Positions 24,010 to 35,948 of a stretch of 37,229 nt of DNA are shown here, piece after piece. The stretch is from NCBI RefSeq assembly GCF_001194135.2, contig NC_068983.1, forward strand, positions 62,000,529-62,037,757. The letters are read 5' to 3'. The notes under the pieces are model-generated. The model saw nothing but the letters and a program-made list of their open reading frames with translations. It was not told the origin of the DNA and made no database searches. The stretch comes from Octopus bimaculoides. Its lineage: Eukaryota. The position numbers and the translations under genes were made by a program. The first letter of the stretch is position 1; each line of letters opens with the position of its first letter.

Positions 24010-24715
24010 AAACTTTTATCTTCATCTGCTGCTGCTTTGTAATTTTGGTTGAAATTGAAAGTGTGAAACTAATTTCATTTTGTAATGAAACCTGGTCGTT
24101 GTAGAGAAGTGCATTTGAAATAACTATAGCTGGCTATTGAGATAACGTAGAAAATATATAAATAGAAATGAAGTTTATTTGACATGTGCAATTGATTTGA
24201 TTGTTCTAGAAGCGGCGAACTGGCAGAATCGTTAGCATGCCAAGTAAAATGTTTGAGTTGTATTTTGCCTGTTCAAATGCCACCGGGGGTCAACTTTGCC
24301 TTTCATCTTTTCGGGGTCGACAAATTAAGTACCAGTGAGACACTAGAGTCGATGTAATCGACTGGTCCCCTCCCCCGAAATTTCAGGCCTTGTGCCTATA
24401 ATAGAAAGGATTTGATTGTTCTGATCTTAACATCAGTTGGTGAGAATAGAAGTCATTTGACGACACTCTTTTGTTTGTAATTGTTTGTAATTGCAGGTTC
24501 AATCCGGGGAACATTGAAATAATACCCATCTTGTCCATTCCCAAGAATAAGATTATACTGGAGAGCATCATAAGAGGGATGAGTCTGTCAAACACGTTTA
24601 AGGTTGTTGTCTTGAACACGAATGAGAATATCATGATTTTCAATGGGATTACCAAACATAAGCACGGCTACTTCATGAGACGTGAGCTCATTAAAACAGC
24701 GTAAAATGTTCTTTA
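24010..24715 (-). mobile_element. Helitron RepHel fragment interrupted by a SINE
   Basis: RCFNELTSHEVAVLMFG..HDILIRVQDNNLKRV*QTHPSYDALQYNLILGNGQDGY, then NDFYSHQLMLRSEQSN|QLHMSNKL; matches the Helitron Rep pattern RRxNAPTxxEVA...RISETHxSYDALQYPL...GEDGY...FYxYxLMxR. Confidence 0.85.
24208..24408 (+). mobile_element. tRNA-derived SINE (family 3, Meta-like core) with 14-bp TSD
   Basis: Head GCGGCGAACTGGCAGAATCGTTAGC; core GGTCAACTTTGCCTTTCATCTTTTCGGGGTCGACAAATTAAGTACCAG; TSD GATTTGATTGTTCT at 24194-24207 and 24409-24422. Confidence 0.92.
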
Positions 24716-25217
24716 CTATAGTTTATTATAGACTTAATGAACGCAGAAATACACACACACACACTTATGGAATTGATAATATTGAAAACAGCAGAAGGTA
24801 AACATGAATTTCAAACGAAATGAAATGTAGTCAATATAGGTGCAAAACATACTTTCTGTAGCATAGATATGATATAAAAAAACTGGGACGTCACCACTTT
24901 AGCAAAAGTTAGTATGCGTCAACAATGTAAGAAAGTACATAAAGTCAACATTTATTTGGAATATGTACTAAATGTTATAAAATTCACGATTGAATGGATG
25001 TCACGGTGAAGAAAGTGAAAGTCCAAGAAAATTCAGAAGGCATAATTCAATTTCACATACAAAAATAATTTAATTTACAATTTTGAAACGAACGCTAAAT
25101 TTTTTGTAATGCAAATAAGTGAATGAAGATATAGTTTAACTGGTAGCCAAAAGCTTATTGAATCTTTTGATACCCTAGACGTCAAAAACGGCAACTCGGT
25201 TTTGGAATGCATAAGAA

Positions 25218-25337
<120 letters not shown>

Positions 25338-26441
25338 TATTTGAAGACATTGCCAAGTTTCAAAATATTTTAGAGGAAGGATCAATATTTAGAAAGCTAC
25401 CACAACTGAGAATAATGTTGGCAGCTATTTCTCCCTTTTGCAATTCTTTAAATGGAAATCAGCTTTGGAGCAATTTCAAAAAAAGAAAAAAAGAAAAAAA
25501 CAAACAAACAAACAATTGTAAAATGTCACACAGAGAATAGGGACGAGAAGCAGAAACTTTGCTCACATGAATTGAATAAAGGTTAAATCAGAAATGGAAC
25601 AAATTTTTCCGAGATTAGAACTAGCAGAAATGCGGTGAGAATTTAGGAATATAAATGTATTAAAACCGCAACTTTATTCAAGTAATTTAAATCATACGGA
25701 TAATGAAGAATGACTTATTGTCATTGTAGTTTTAGGTACTATTTTAAGTGTTTTCTAAGGATGCTTTCAAATTATGAGGCAAGCTTATTTAAAGAATATC
25801 AGAATTTCCCATCAGGAAAAATATTAATGTTTAAAATGCCATCTGAAGAGTTATTGTAGCTAAGTTATTGTCAAGAGGTAAGACATTACATAGTTTATAT
25901 AAACTATCCTTAATCGATATAAGCACTTGTAATATATATCCTACCCCTGAGCAAGAAGGTATCTTAAAGAGTCAAGATTGAATTCTGGTAGATAAAGTAT
26001 CAGGATTACAGTGCCATTTATGATACCGATAAATGCCGTCAAGATACTTATGCTACCATTAGCGTTTTGAGAGGATAGAAATTTCTATTGAGATGGATTT
26101 TCATGCAAATGTTATCTATTCTCTCACATGTAATAAAGACTGCTAGTTTTGTTATATGCCACGTCTCCAACGGTTTTTCGCGTAATACTACAACGATAAA
26201 AGTATGGGACCACAAGAAAGAGGATTTTGCAGATTTGTGGTACCTCCACCCTCCAAAAAGTATCAGCATAGATGATGCTGGTGTATCATCGTCTTCATAC
26301 AACGAAAACACTATTCTATTTTTAGGGAATCATCTGAAGACAAGAAGTGATTATGTGTGATGTCTACCCATAAGGCCACCAATTGTTTTTATTTAACTGT
26401 AGAGATTTTAGAATCACTACCAGGACATTCTAAACGCATTG

Positions 26442-26486
26442 TAGTATAGATTTAGTATAGATTTTAGTATAACATTTAGTATAGAT
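26442..26486. repeat. Short 11-12-bp tandem repeat (TTTAGTATAGA, ~4 copies)
   Basis: tagtataga tttagtataga ttttagtataa catttagtataga. Confidence 0.7.
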
Positions 26487-28890
26487 CAATGGCTAACGAT
26501 AATCAGGCCGATAATGAACGCTGCACAATAGAATTATTCAATTCATTTACTTCATCTAGAATTCCAATAGATTAGTTGTAATGCTATTACGCAAGAGCTT
26601 TGTAATAGACCTAGACTTGAAATTGTTAACTTACATCGTAATTACATTGAAGATCTGTTAATAAGTGGTGCTTGACAAATAGGCGTGCATTATTACTTAA
26701 AGTTAAAATGGCGCCGAATGATTCAAATAATCGTTATATTTGACAATGTACTCAGTTTCGTATGATTTAAATCTGTTCAATGATAATGAATAACCGCAGG
26801 ATGAAACATTTAATATGATTGGCGTTTATTTATCACAACCAGTGTTTAGTCATGAAGGCTTGCATTCTGTAGGCCTACTAAATTAACTGGTACTGTTAGG
26901 GAATTTAGCGCAATATGGAAAACAGGGGTGGGGGGAATCATCACTAAAATATTGAATGAAAGAATATTAGATTGATGGTACAAATATAAATTGATAATAA
27001 TTAATGGTATCAGAACGATGCTACTGATAATTATATTGCTATATCAGTGTGATATTAATTATAATTATTTATTATTATTATACATTATTAATTATCAGGT
27101 ACTGAGGCAAAATGAAATAATTCTATTTATCTTCTCATCTATTCCGTCACGGATAATGAATATGCTCATTGAAATAGTGAGTGATTGTCCAACTCTATGT
27201 CTGCATAATTATATTATCTGCGCTGCGAACAACCGTGGAATGTATACGAGCACAGTTTGCGTTACTATTAATTATCTATATTAATTAATTTCTATTTTGC
27301 ATTAAGAAATATTGCCTGAAATATTTTGGTGCAAGCGAATATTCCTTAAACCAATTTGAAATTGCTTGAAGGTTTCATAGGCAATTCATTGTCTCAGTTA
27401 TAGGTTAAGAGACAAGTTTATTATAAACTTATCGGGGCATCAACGAATATTTCGTATGGTTTTTGTCTTGAAGATGTGTACTAAACTGACTTTATATCAA
27501 ATTAGGAAATTCCACATTAACTGACCGTTTCCTAATTTATACACACATATATCCCAGAGGAAGAGAGACAGAGAAGGTCAAACAGAATTTTAATCTCTTT
27601 CAAATGTCTAGCACTAGTTTCACAACCTAAAGGATGGTGTACGGTTTGGCCTCATGTATGGAATGTAGTCTACTGAAAAGAGTTCAATCATACCTACTCG
27701 CTAGAATTGCTTAAAATTTAAGAACAAGCGCGGGATGTAACAACAACAGCATCGGCAAATCCGAAAATATAGAGTACGCCGGAGGTAGTCTAAAATGAAA
27801 AGCATTATTTACAGTGATTAGTCTCATCCATCCATTTTCTGAGGTCTGGTGGCTTGACTTTGTAACATTTCTTGAAATTCTTTGTGTCCTGTCGTGTACA
27901 GAGAGAAATATTGCTGCCGAGACTGAATATCTGATGGAGTCGTCTTTTCTTAAGTTACCGTGAACCAAAAATCAACGTTAGAAATAAGTATTTTCACCTA
28001 ATTCATATTCTGTTTGAGCCTTATTTGACTGTTACACAAAATTTTGTCAAGTTAAACTGATTTTTTATTGTTGTTTCGTACTATGTCAGCTCTGATCGAG
28101 AAAACTTCGAACTAAAGGTGTTGTAGCCATGGGGCTTTCAGAATTATTTTCAGGCCAATATTATATAGTTTTTCATTACAGTTTTAAAATGGTATGGTGG
28201 AGTGTTAAAGACATTTTTGAAGCAGTTCAATTTTCATGTTTGGTTTCGAGGAAAAGGTTGTACCGATCATCTTCAAAGAGCGATGTTTGATGTGGCGTCC
28301 ATCTCAATTGCTCATCGCTCTGAAAATGTGGTTGTCTTATGTTATTTTTTAATGGCCATCTCTGTTAATCTATCATCTCATCTATATGTACAGTGACATT
28401 CTAAGATGCCATTACTTTGAATAGCCTGTGCGAATGACGAACTTTCCGACACAACATTTCCACGCCACTATTATTAGTACACATCACTTTTCCAAGGAAA
28501 TCAATATCTAATTAATGTGGAGTGTTACAGATTATAGAAAGTGTGGAACACTAGACCAGCAATGCTTTTGTAAGAAGTTTAAAATATTACTTTTGGTCAG
28601 AATCAAACCATGATCTACTTTGATTTTTATCCTGTCCTATTGACTTAAAAGTTAACTAAGATAAATCAGTCTCATCTAAAAGGAAAGTGTTTATGAATCT
28701 TCGAGAAGAACTAATTTTTTTATATCTCCAGTCTCCTAGACGCCATATGTTTTATTTTTTACTCATCGTTTAACAGTTTTCATGCCTAAAATTGTCAGTG
28801 CTATAAAAACATTATTTTGTTAAAAATCAATATTTCAAAATTTGAATATTTTATTTTTCAAGAACTGAAGATTCAAGAAGCAGTAAACAA

Positions 28891-29028
28891 TTAGTTCTAA
28901 ATTAGGCACAAGACCATGTGTTCGAAGGTAGGGAAGGGGTTAGTCGACACCATCGACTATTGTACTTAAGTACTACTTTATTTTATCGACCCTGAAAAGA
29001 TAAAAGGCAAAGTCGACCTCGGCATGTT
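28891..29028 (-). mobile_element. SINE family 3, 5'-truncated, tail type A
   Basis: Revcomp GCCGAGGTCGACTTTGCCTTTTATCTTTTCAGGGTCGATAAAA...GGTCTTGTGCCTAATTTAGAACTAATT. Confidence 0.85.
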
Positions 29029-29081
29029 TTGCATTTAAAAGATAAAATGTCGAGGCAACAGAGTAACACATTTTCCGGCAG

Positions 29082-29290
29082 TGTATTTCGTATTTCGTCT
29101 ACCGTTACGTTCTGAGTTCAAATTCCGCCGAGGTCGACTTTGCCTTTCATCCTTTCGGGGTCGATAAATTAAGTACCAGTTACGCACTGGGGTCGATGTA
29201 ATCGACTTAATCTCTTTCTCTGTCCTTGTTGTCTGTCCCTTTGTCTGTCCCCTCTATGTTTAGCTTCTTGTGGGCAATAAAGAAATAAGA
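29082..29290 (+). mobile_element. SINE family 3, 5'-truncated, tail type B
   Basis: B box GAGTTCAAATTCC, core GGTCGACTTTGCCTTTCATCCTTTCGGGGTCGATAAATTAAGTACCAG, tail ...CTTGTGGGCAATAAAGAAATAAGA. Confidence 0.9.
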
Positions 29291-30415
29291 ATACAACTGG
29301 TGAATTGATGGGAATATAGCCTGGAAATTTTGCTCCAAGCCACTCACCATGACATAGAAGAGTTGCCGTACGAGATTAGCACACCGGAGGAGAATACGCT
29401 AAAGGTAGTAGTAGAGGGAAGGAGACCCAACTGCTAACTATGTGGATGCACAGGACACATAAAGATCCACTACCCCGACTACAGGCCACCCCAAACCGAG
29501 TGGAATGCAGCGGAGATCCAGACTGAGAAGCCGACGAAGCCCCAGACCGAGAAAAATACGGCGGAGCCCCTGAAAGAAAAGTCTACTACTGAACTCTGTA
29601 GCGTTTCTGAAGATACAATGAAGAAAGTATAAGAACCGGAGGCAATAGTGACGAAAGTGACTACATTGTCAAACCTAAAAGGAGAAGGGAGATAAAAGGA
29701 GCCGCGACTAAAGAGGAAGAGAATATACCCACAGAAAATAAGCATGAAAAACCCATTGATGAACATATCACTCCCGTCATGAACATATCACTGAAAAACA
29801 AAAACATACCAGACAGCCCGGCCTCGCCGGACGGGCACACAAAGACACACATACTCACAGGCACACATAAGCAAGAAAACACACACACAATCAAACCACT
29901 CAGGCCCCCACAGCATACACAACATTTTATAACAAAAGCGTGAACATAGAGAAAATGCTAACGAAATGGAAGAATACAACAAGGGTAAAACTGCCTGCGG
30001 GGGATTCCCTCACCCCCACCAAAACAAAAAATGCGTCCTGCTGGACTTGGAAAAATATAAACAGTTAAAAAAGAATTTCGGTTCTGATGTGAACCCCATA
30101 GGGCAGGAGGTGGGGTTTTATACCCTGCCTCCAGTCATTGAATACAGAGAGTTGAAAGCACTAAAAGTAAGTGACAGCTATTTTAAAGTAAAACATTTTT
30201 AGATAAACTATGAAAGAAAAAAACAGAAAAAAAAAGATTAAAAACTGTATTAAATATAACTGCTCGAGTACGGCGTTCAAGTAGCCATTGCATCCCCACA
30301 TCCATATAATATCATTCCATCATTCATCCACTTTATTTTGTTTCTTCCCCGCTGCATGTTTTGTCTGTCCTTGTATTGTTCCCTCTGTATTTCGCCCCTT
30401 GTGGGTAATAAAGAA
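29291..30415 (+). mobile_element. 5'-truncated non-LTR element carrying only an L1/Tx1-type ORF1 (CCHC knuckle) plus 3' tail
   Basis: ELPYEISTPEENTLKVVVEGRRPNC*LCGCTGHIKIHYP (decayed CX2CX4HX4C, 29431-29473), low-complexity linker, ORF 29966..30202, A-rich tract, then tail CCCTTGTGGGTAATAAAGAA (to 30415); no APE or RT motifs seen. Confidence 0.65.
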
Positions 30416-32260
30416 TTCAGAATTGTTGATCGGTTTGCTCGAGCTGCAAAAAGAGCAACGACAGCAACTGGAAGAACAACAGCTGAAACAACAACACGAC
30501 CTGCGACAACAGCAGCAGATACAACTGCAAAAACAACAACAGAAGCAACAACAACAACAACAACAAATAATATTATAACAACAAATGTTGTAATTACTTA
30601 AGTCGTCATAAAAGACGGATAAAGTGTTTTCGCCAGACTATGTTGCGAACTCCATCACAGAGTTCAAATACGAGCCTGACGAAAGCGTTACCTTCGAAGT
30701 ATGCTACAGAAGATAGCAAATCTTCGACAAAGAATGTCAAGACTGGGATGACGATATGAAAACGCGCTTAATCTTGAGAAAATTGGCATTCCCCATAAAA
30801 CCTTCTGACAAACTTTAATGACACAATAGATATATTGTATAAATGTTTAAGTGAAAAAAGCATTGGAAGTGTATGAACAGAGAGAAAAAAAAAACAATGA
30901 CGAGAACTACAACACATACGCAGGTAGAGTTAACAGAGAATGCAAGAATTTTAAGCAGGATGAATTAACGCCAGATATGGTCAAATGCCTGATTTTTACA
31001 CAGGAACTTACTGAAAAGGACGCGGAACTAGAATTCTTACAAAGCTGGAACAAAACTAAGATGTAACCCTACAGCAAGTGTAAGAAGAATGTGAAAGGAT
31101 AGTCAAATGAGGACACGACACAGAGGAAACTGAACGTAAAAACTGCTTCCAAGTAAAGCAAGAGAAAGTTTTTTCTAAAAGTCACGACAAAAATCAGGAA
31201 ATATACCCATGTTTTGGATGTGGAGGTATACACTAGAGGAAAAATTTTCCATTTAAAAAAGTGGAATGCTTTCGTTGTGGTAATATAGGAATATAATGAC
31301 GCACTGTAGAATGAAGATGACAAAACGTCAGAACAAAGGAAAAGGAATAAATAGTTTGTCATAGGAAGAAATTATTAATATAACGATGAGGAAATTCGAG
31401 AAGGAGAAAATCAGAAATACAAGTGTTAAAATGCAGCTGGCTACTGCTAGCGATATCACCATTATAAATGAAAAGACATGGAAATATGTCGGTAAACCGA
31501 AATTAATTAAATTGAACAAGGTAGTACATGGTGTTACGGGATAAAGATTTTTTTTTTTTGTGAATTCATATATAGTGTAACATTTCGCGGTCAAATGAAA
31601 AAAAATATATATGTATTAAAAGATTCACTTAATCTACTTGGCACAGAGTAGATGGAACTATTCAATGTATAGAATACGCCCATACGTGTTTTATGTGAAA
31701 ATATAGTGGTTTCAGTCGAAGTTTCGAATGAGAATGAGGGACTGAAACAAAAAAATTGCAGTAAAACAGAGTGTAACACCTGTATGTTAGCCAAAATGAA
31801 ATAAAAAAAATAACCATGATAAAAAGTAAACATTGTTTAAAAGTACATGTCCCGTGGTCGAGAATGCACATAGATGCTTCTGGTCCTTTAAACGGTTATT
31901 ACTGCGTAGTGATAGTTGATAGTTTCCCAAAATGGCCTGTAATTTGTAAGTGTTAAAATCCAACCTCCTCAACTATGATGAATTTTTTACAAGAATTGTT
32001 TGCAGGATTTGATATCCCAAACAAGATAGTGTCTGACAATGGAACGCAATTTATGTCTGGTGAATTTAAGAAAAAAATGTGAAACGTTCACTGTAGAACA
32101 TATAACTACGGCACCATACCATCCCAGATCTAATGGACAGGAAAAACGCTTTATGGAAGCCTTCAAAGCCCTTAGAAAATCGAATAAGGAAGTCACGGAT
32201 GAGGTAGCTCTACAACAGTTCTTAAGAATGTAACGTGTGATACCAAATCCGAATACACCA
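30416..32260 (+). mobile_element. Ty3/Gypsy (K02A2.6-like) remnant: polyQ gag, CCHC, protease, integrase; RT/RNase H absent
   Basis: gag ITEFKYEPDESVTFE...KTRLILRKL and YAGRVNRECKNFKQDELTPDMVKCLIF; knuckles PCFGCGGIH and ECFRCGNIG; protease VKMQLATASDITIINEKTWK (DTG decayed); integrase PWSRMHIDASGP...IVSDNGTQF...TAPYHPRSNGQ. No LTR seen. Confidence 0.9.
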
Positions 32261-32299
32261 ACATCAGTGAAATCCCTATCTATCTTCTCTAAGAAAACT

Positions 32300-33104
32300 T
32301 CTCAGAAGAAATTTCATGAGATGAAAATTTCTTGCTAGTCAAGTAATACCCAAGAATTGGAGCAAGATGCTAACACATAGCCTAAGAGCATTGTATGCCA
32401 ATTTGAATGGTGTACTTGGTCCAATTAAGGGTGGTGCAGAACCAAGTATTTCTAACGACGAGTCAACACTCTTAATTAGATGGAATTCTTAAAAGAATTT
32501 CATCTATTAAATCAAGAATCCACTACCGATTCTGAAGTCATCAATGAAATTCTTCACAAGCCTATAATTGACGAACTTGTAGGAGATCCTTCCTTGGAAG
32601 GGATATGTACAACTATTGAAAAAAAAGAAACTCTCCAATGGCAAAGCTCCTGGGCAAGACAGTATCTCATAGAGGTGTACAAGCATGGCGGCAGACGACT
32701 TTTAAGAAAACTGCGCAAATTGATCTGTTGAAACTGAATGTGTTTTCAAGAGTCCAAAGATGAATCTATAACACACTTGTACAAGCACAAATGAAAGAAG
32801 TAGCTGTGTGATAATCACACTGAAATAAGTTTGTTGTGCATAGCTGGAGAATTTCTGCGAGAGAGATTCTTAACGACATAAAGAAGCATGTAGTAAACAG
32901 TATATATCCTGAGTCCCAATGTGTATTTCAGGCTGGGAAAGGCACAATTGATATGATTTTTACCCTGTGACAATTTCCAGAAAAAGCATGTGAGGAAAAT
33001 ACTGGCTTGTATATGGCCTTTACCGACTTGACCAAGGCTTTGATACAGTGAATCGTGAGGCGCTCTAAAAAATTCTCTCAAAAGTTGGTCTTCCTGATAA
33101 ACTT
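32300..33104 (+). mobile_element. RTE-clade LINE RT fragment, 3'-truncated
   Basis: LLNQES...NGKAPGQDSI..EVYKHGG; ISLLCIAG; YPESQCVFQAGKGTIDMIFTL; LYMAFTDLTKAFDTVNREAL. Confidence 0.92.
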
Positions 33105-33700
33105 CCACTAGCGCCGAGTATCGACCCTTGTATGCTTTCAACAGCTGGCCCAGCACCTCCAGTGCAGGACCCTTCAAACTAGTGGCAAGTTGAACGGCTA
33201 TTTGCCTCTCGTCCCAATCGTTTTGGTCAGCTAACATCTCAAACTGAATCCGGTAGGCCTCCCACGACACCTTGCCATCGAACTCCCGTGGCTTCTTCCT
33301 AATGGGGACCACACCGCTACTTTGAACTCCAGGAGATCCGCGTCCAGACGTCGGAGCATCACGAGATGGCGCAGCAACAGCAACTTCTTCGGGTTTAGCA
33401 ACCCCAGGCTCGGCAGCACAAAATTTCTCAACGCGCTCCATCCTCTCGTTAAGCCTTTCCATCTGCTGTTTGCACCATGCGACATTGCGACATCATCACT
33501 CAGTCCACGGAACTCCGCCCTAAACTGCCGGTGATCTTCCTACAACCTCTGTTGCTCTTTCCTGAGTTTAGTGAAGCTCTCCTTCTGCTCTTCCAACATT
33601 ATCACAATCATGGCCAGGGAAATTTCCTCCCTCCTTGCCTGGCCCTTCGGTCATGCTCCTTCCGAGGCCATAACGAACAACCGACTCATTGCAGCAAATC
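33105..33700 (-). mobile_element. Ty3/Gypsy gag 5' fragment of a second family
   Basis: MERLNERMERVEKF...KPREFDGKVSWEAYRIQFEMLADQNDWDERQIAVQLATSLKGPALEVLGQL...YSALVE, downstream of the PBS. Confidence 0.88.
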
Positions 33701-33701
33701 A

Positions 33702-33719
33702 ATCCCGCTTCTGACACCA
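33702..33719 (-). promoter_or_regulatory. Primer-binding site complementary to tRNA-Leu 3' end
   Basis: TGGTGTCAGAAGCGGGAT, 2 nt after LTR end ...GTAACA; eukaryotic tRNA-Leu(CAA) ends ...ATCCCACTTCTGACACCA (one mismatch, from memory). Confidence 0.85.
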
Positions 33720-33721
33720 GT

Positions 33722-34144
33722 TGTTACGAACGCCCGCGCGGAGCACCTCAACGAAGAGAAAACTCTCGCGCGCGAACGTCGACGCTCAGTAAGTCGGGAT
33801 GTTCGCCACGACTAAGCCCAGCCGGATAGCACGTAACGATGACAAAAAACATGAAGAAATAACACATACCATACGTTGCGTAGTCAAACCAACTTTTTTT
33901 CTTTACATCACATCATCGAAACACAACAACATTGCATAACAATAATTCAATAACATAGTACTTGCTTTTGAAGTAACACATGTAACAATAGCATTTCCAA
34001 GCATTTAACAAAGTTTCAGAACAATTACAAAGTCTACAATCATTTCACATAATCATAAAGTTTACAATCAAAGTTCGTGTCTCAAAAGTCAATTAAAAGT
34101 TTTTTGCTTCTTTTGCTTTTCTTTTCTTTGAACAACATGTAACA
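33722..34144 (-). mobile_element. 5' LTR of the Gypsy element (outer boundary uncertain)
   Basis: Inner end fixed by GTAACA plus PBS; TGTTAC starts possible at 34144, 33987 or 33978, or further out. Confidence 0.6.
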
Positions 34145-34324
34145 ACAAATACGCTATAAATAACCGTGCTTGTTGACAGGACAAAGGAAATACCAATGTT
34201 CTGAACAACTAGAAACGGTTTCAAACTCAGCTCGTGGAATAGGGACATAACGTTATTTCGTTTGTTTATCGGCGTCTGTATCAATATATATATATGTATA
34301 TACAAATATAATATATACACATAC

Positions 34325-34334
34325 NNNNNNNNNN
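34325..34334. other. Assembly gap (N) within a TA-rich tract
   Basis: Run of n. Confidence 1.
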
Positions 34335-35948
34335 ATATATATATGTATGTATATGAAATTATATACATCTGGAAACAGATTTGCGATTCATTTCTTTTAC
34401 ATTAAACTGCCATATTCTGATAGATGCTGGGCATTGGGAGAGATTAGCATCGGCGTAAATAAGTAAATCATCGTTACATGTCCTTACAGAGACTAAACCA
34501 TTAAAATAATTATAGGTCCAAAACCAGTTGAGATTCCAGATCTTCACATTTCAGTCATTTTAAAACATTAATTGTGCTGCATAACTCGCGAATGTATAAA
34601 AGAAATATCTTCTTCCGTCTTGTCATACATTTGGATAACTAGATCACTTCTTTTACTTTACATGATAAAACGCCAGTATAAACAAACACATTCACACATA
34701 CATAGAATCTGGGACAATACTATGCGCTTACACATATAGAGTCATGTTCATATTGATAACACTATGCCAAACCTAAAAATCTCACACACAATATACATGG
34801 ACATAGTATTACATTCTGAGAGCACTTGGTGCATATTTTTCTTTCATTTCTCTGTGGGATGTAGGCAACATCGGTCTTCTTATTAGCTGCATTATTTTTA
34901 TGAAGGCGTCATAAATTTTCTTATTTATCTTCGATCACAACCAACAATGAGGTGTTCGTATTTTTTTTCTTCAATGAATTTAATACATCTTTCAAAGCGG
35001 AAAACAGAAAATACGCATATATTTTTGTAAAGTGATTTGAAGTTTATTGCCTGGAAAACCTCGAAGTATTCACTGGAAGAGATTATTGATATTCACTGTA
35101 AGTTACATTTTGTTTCAAGCTTCCTAATGTGGTAAACCTACTAAAGAAATAATAACGGAATCATTTTATGCATGACACAACTTTAAGGCTGTTTCTATAG
35201 CTATTATTACTTCAGTAATCTTATTGATATTGCGTAATTTCACCGGAAAACCGAGTGCAACTCCCTGTGCCTTGCGCACATATATTGCGCTTTTTTCCTT
35301 TCCTAGCTTTGTATTACAGAAACTATAATGCATGATCTGTTGCTAGCTGTGTTATTTTCTTTTTGTAGTTAATATCTGTAAATTTCGGTAGTATTTTCCA
35401 ACGTAACTTTATATCGTTTCTAAATCACCTATTACAACAAATGAGAATCCCTTCTTTTTTCAGATTACATATTTTAAAGTTTTTAGGCTTAAAATATATA
35501 TATTAATAGGCCATTCTATTTTTCATGAATTTATTGCTGATTGCTAGAAATGACATATTTTAATATTCCTATTGGTGTCAACAGCATGATCGAGTAGTCA
35601 TTAAACACGTCATTTCGTCGCATGTTCATCGTTTTGGGGGAAAAGTGAGTTTTGTACAGCGAAGAATATCCGTGTCATATTAACTTCCTCTACTTTCATG
35701 CCTGTTGTCTCTAGTTTCTCATCATCATATTCACGGCTGAATCAGAATTCCATTGCATAGGAATGTGAAATGGGCATGTGAAATGCTCCGTTTTCTTCCA
35801 TACTTGATTGTTTCCTTCCAAATATATACGCAGTGATCAGTATTATTATTATTATTATTATTATTATCTATATGCTATGTATGTTTTGAGTGGTTATTTG
35901 TCTGCATATTTCTCTGAGAAGCTAAGCAGTTAAATTTATACTATATTA

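Noticed and set aside
26048-26360. Opposed ORFs with kelch-like LILFGGW (-) and WD40-like TIKVWD (+) words
   Set aside because: Single short motifs; the strong minus acceptor at 26334 is followed by stops in all three frames, and no good plus acceptor exists.
32815-33462. 215-aa ORF as a host gene
   Set aside because: Chimera of Gypsy gag and antisense RTE sequence.
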